Shown: one piece after another, positions 25,884 through 26,953 of the stretch | How the letters are laid out: each line of letters starts with the position of its first letter | Numbering within the stretch: the stretch's first letter is position 1 | The notes under the pieces: model-generated | Databases searched by the model: none | Told to the model about the DNA's origin: nothing | The model's input: only the letters and a program-made list of their open reading frames with translations | Origin: a virus | Lineage: Duplodnaviria; Caudoviricetes | DNA: 26,953 nucleotides | Reading direction: 5' to 3' (one strand) | IMG/VR virus record: IMGVR_UViG_3300035200_000334 | Span: 1-26,953 of that record | Program-made: the position numbers and the translations under genes

Positions 25884-26257
25884 TGCGACTTTCCTATGAG
25901 ACCAAGGTCCGCAACCTGATGGACCACTGGTTCGAGAAATCCCCCCTGCGGAATCAGTGGCTCAAGTTGTCCCCGTTCCACATCTACTTCCGCAAGGGGC
26001 CGCTGAATATCTACGGTGTTCACTATCCCCGCACCGTCACCATGGCCAACGTCACCTCCTCCCCGGAGGTTCGTCGGTCCGGGCGGTTCAAGTTCTTTCT
26101 TCAGTGGATGGAGGCGCGGCTGGAGAAAGACTTGGATGCGATCATGGTGGAGAACGTATTCTCCCCCCGGCTGGTGTCTATCCTCGAGAACCACGGCTGG
26201 CATCCGTGCGGTGGGGACGACGGTTTCGTGAGCTTCTACAAGGAGAAGGTGCGGTGA
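25883..26257 (+). CDS. GNAT-fold acetyltransferase-like protein
   Basis: MANVTSSPEVRRSGRF resembles GNAT motif A; VENVFSPRL..ILENHGW resembles motif B; start moved to 25883. Confidence 0.58.
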   Translation: MRLSYETKVRNLMDHWFEKSPLRNQWLKLSPFHIYFRKGPLNIYGVHYPRTVTMANVTSSPEVRRSGRFKFFLQWMEARLEKDLDAIMVENVFSPRLVSILENHGWHPCGGDDGFVSFYKEKVR

Positions 26258-26580
26258 AGAAGGTTGTTAGGAAGATGAAGATCCATCGGGTCCAGCTTCG
26301 TGGGTCGGAGTTCGTCTACTTGGCCGACGGAACGATGTTCAATTCGCCGGGCGGTCTCTATGATGCTGCTCGCCATTTGATCGCAGAGGGGGCGCACCCC
26401 AAGGATCGCCTGGAGGCATGGCGTGGGGACATGCTCTGCCTCAGCAGCACCGTGGAGGGGTTCGCCGTGAAGGGCTGGGGCGGCAAGACAAAGGATCCCT
26501 ATCCGGTGAAGTGGGAGCCGTCTCCCTGGACGGTGCTGCCTCCGCGCTTGGCGGAGTGGTGGCAGGGCAGGCAAGGCTAA
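26254..26580 (+). CDS. Hypothetical protein (108 aa)
   Basis: AAGGAG RBS; GTGA overlap; DAARHLIAEGAHP..RLEAWRG. Confidence 0.68.
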   Translation: MKKVVRKMKIHRVQLRGSEFVYLADGTMFNSPGGLYDAARHLIAEGAHPKDRLEAWRGDMLCLSSTVEGFAVKGWGGKTKDPYPVKWEPSPWTVLPPRLAEWWQGRQG

Positions 26581-26587
26581 CGCTAGG

Positions 26588-26612
26588 GGGCCGCCCCATT
26601 GCCGGGCGGCCC
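26588..26612 (+). terminator. Hairpin closing the rightward cluster
   Basis: GGGCCGCCC-CATTGCC-GGGCGGCCC, 7 nt after the stop; no U-tract. Confidence 0.5.
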
Positions 26613-26953
26613 GTCTGCGACAGCCGGGTAAAGTCGCCAGAGCCTGCCTAGGGGGCGGGCCGCTAGGGTAGCAGCGCCAGGGGGGCCAAGGGCTCCCCTG
26701 ATGCGTGTTTGCCCTGTGGATCTAGCCGGTGCCCGGCAGGATATTCTGGGTGCCGGGAGGGTGGTCCGGGGTTGAGAATAGGAGAACCTCAGGTTAGACT
26801 AGGATAAACGGACCCCCCTGGGCTTCGCGCGGGGTGTGGAGTCAGTAGATCGTAGAAAACTTCCAGATTAGATCAGTGGATGGGCAGAGACTCTCAGTCG
26901 TGGGCGGGCAGGCCCAGGGTGATCTAAAATGGCAAACAACAAAAACTGCCGGG

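Noticed and set aside
26800-26953. Possible tRNA or attP near the window end
   Set aside because: No cloverleaf or T-loop GTTC motif and no integrase nearby.

Overview
GC-rich tailed-phage (siphovirus-like) DNA; codon style and promoter shapes suggest an alphaproteobacterial host, but that is inference. Bases ~1-23400 are one minus-strand packaging/morphogenesis block: PD-(D/E)xK nuclease, HNH, terS, terL, fused prohead protease-major capsid, a tandem array of paralogous genes sharing an N-terminal peptide, portal, two collagen-like fibres flanking a lipoprotein, head-tail connectors, tail tube, frameshifted tail chaperones, tape measure, tail tip proteins and a tail fibre with a C-terminal chaperone. 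Bases ~23570-26580 are a divergent plus-strand cluster of small genes (membrane peptides, a GNAT-like protein), followed by a non-coding end. No integrase, replication gene, recognisable lysis gene, tRNA or CRISPR array was seen. Most notable: (i) a cassette-like array of 4 (possibly 5) genes behind the capsid gene, with a conserved N-terminal tag, variable Ig/PKD-like cargo and identical 14-bp junctions; (ii) an apparent leaderless promoter plus an internal RBS that could set the protease:capsid ratio; (iii) a repeated rightward promoter followed by a hairpin with a conserved loop. All product calls come from motif recognition and synteny, not database searches.
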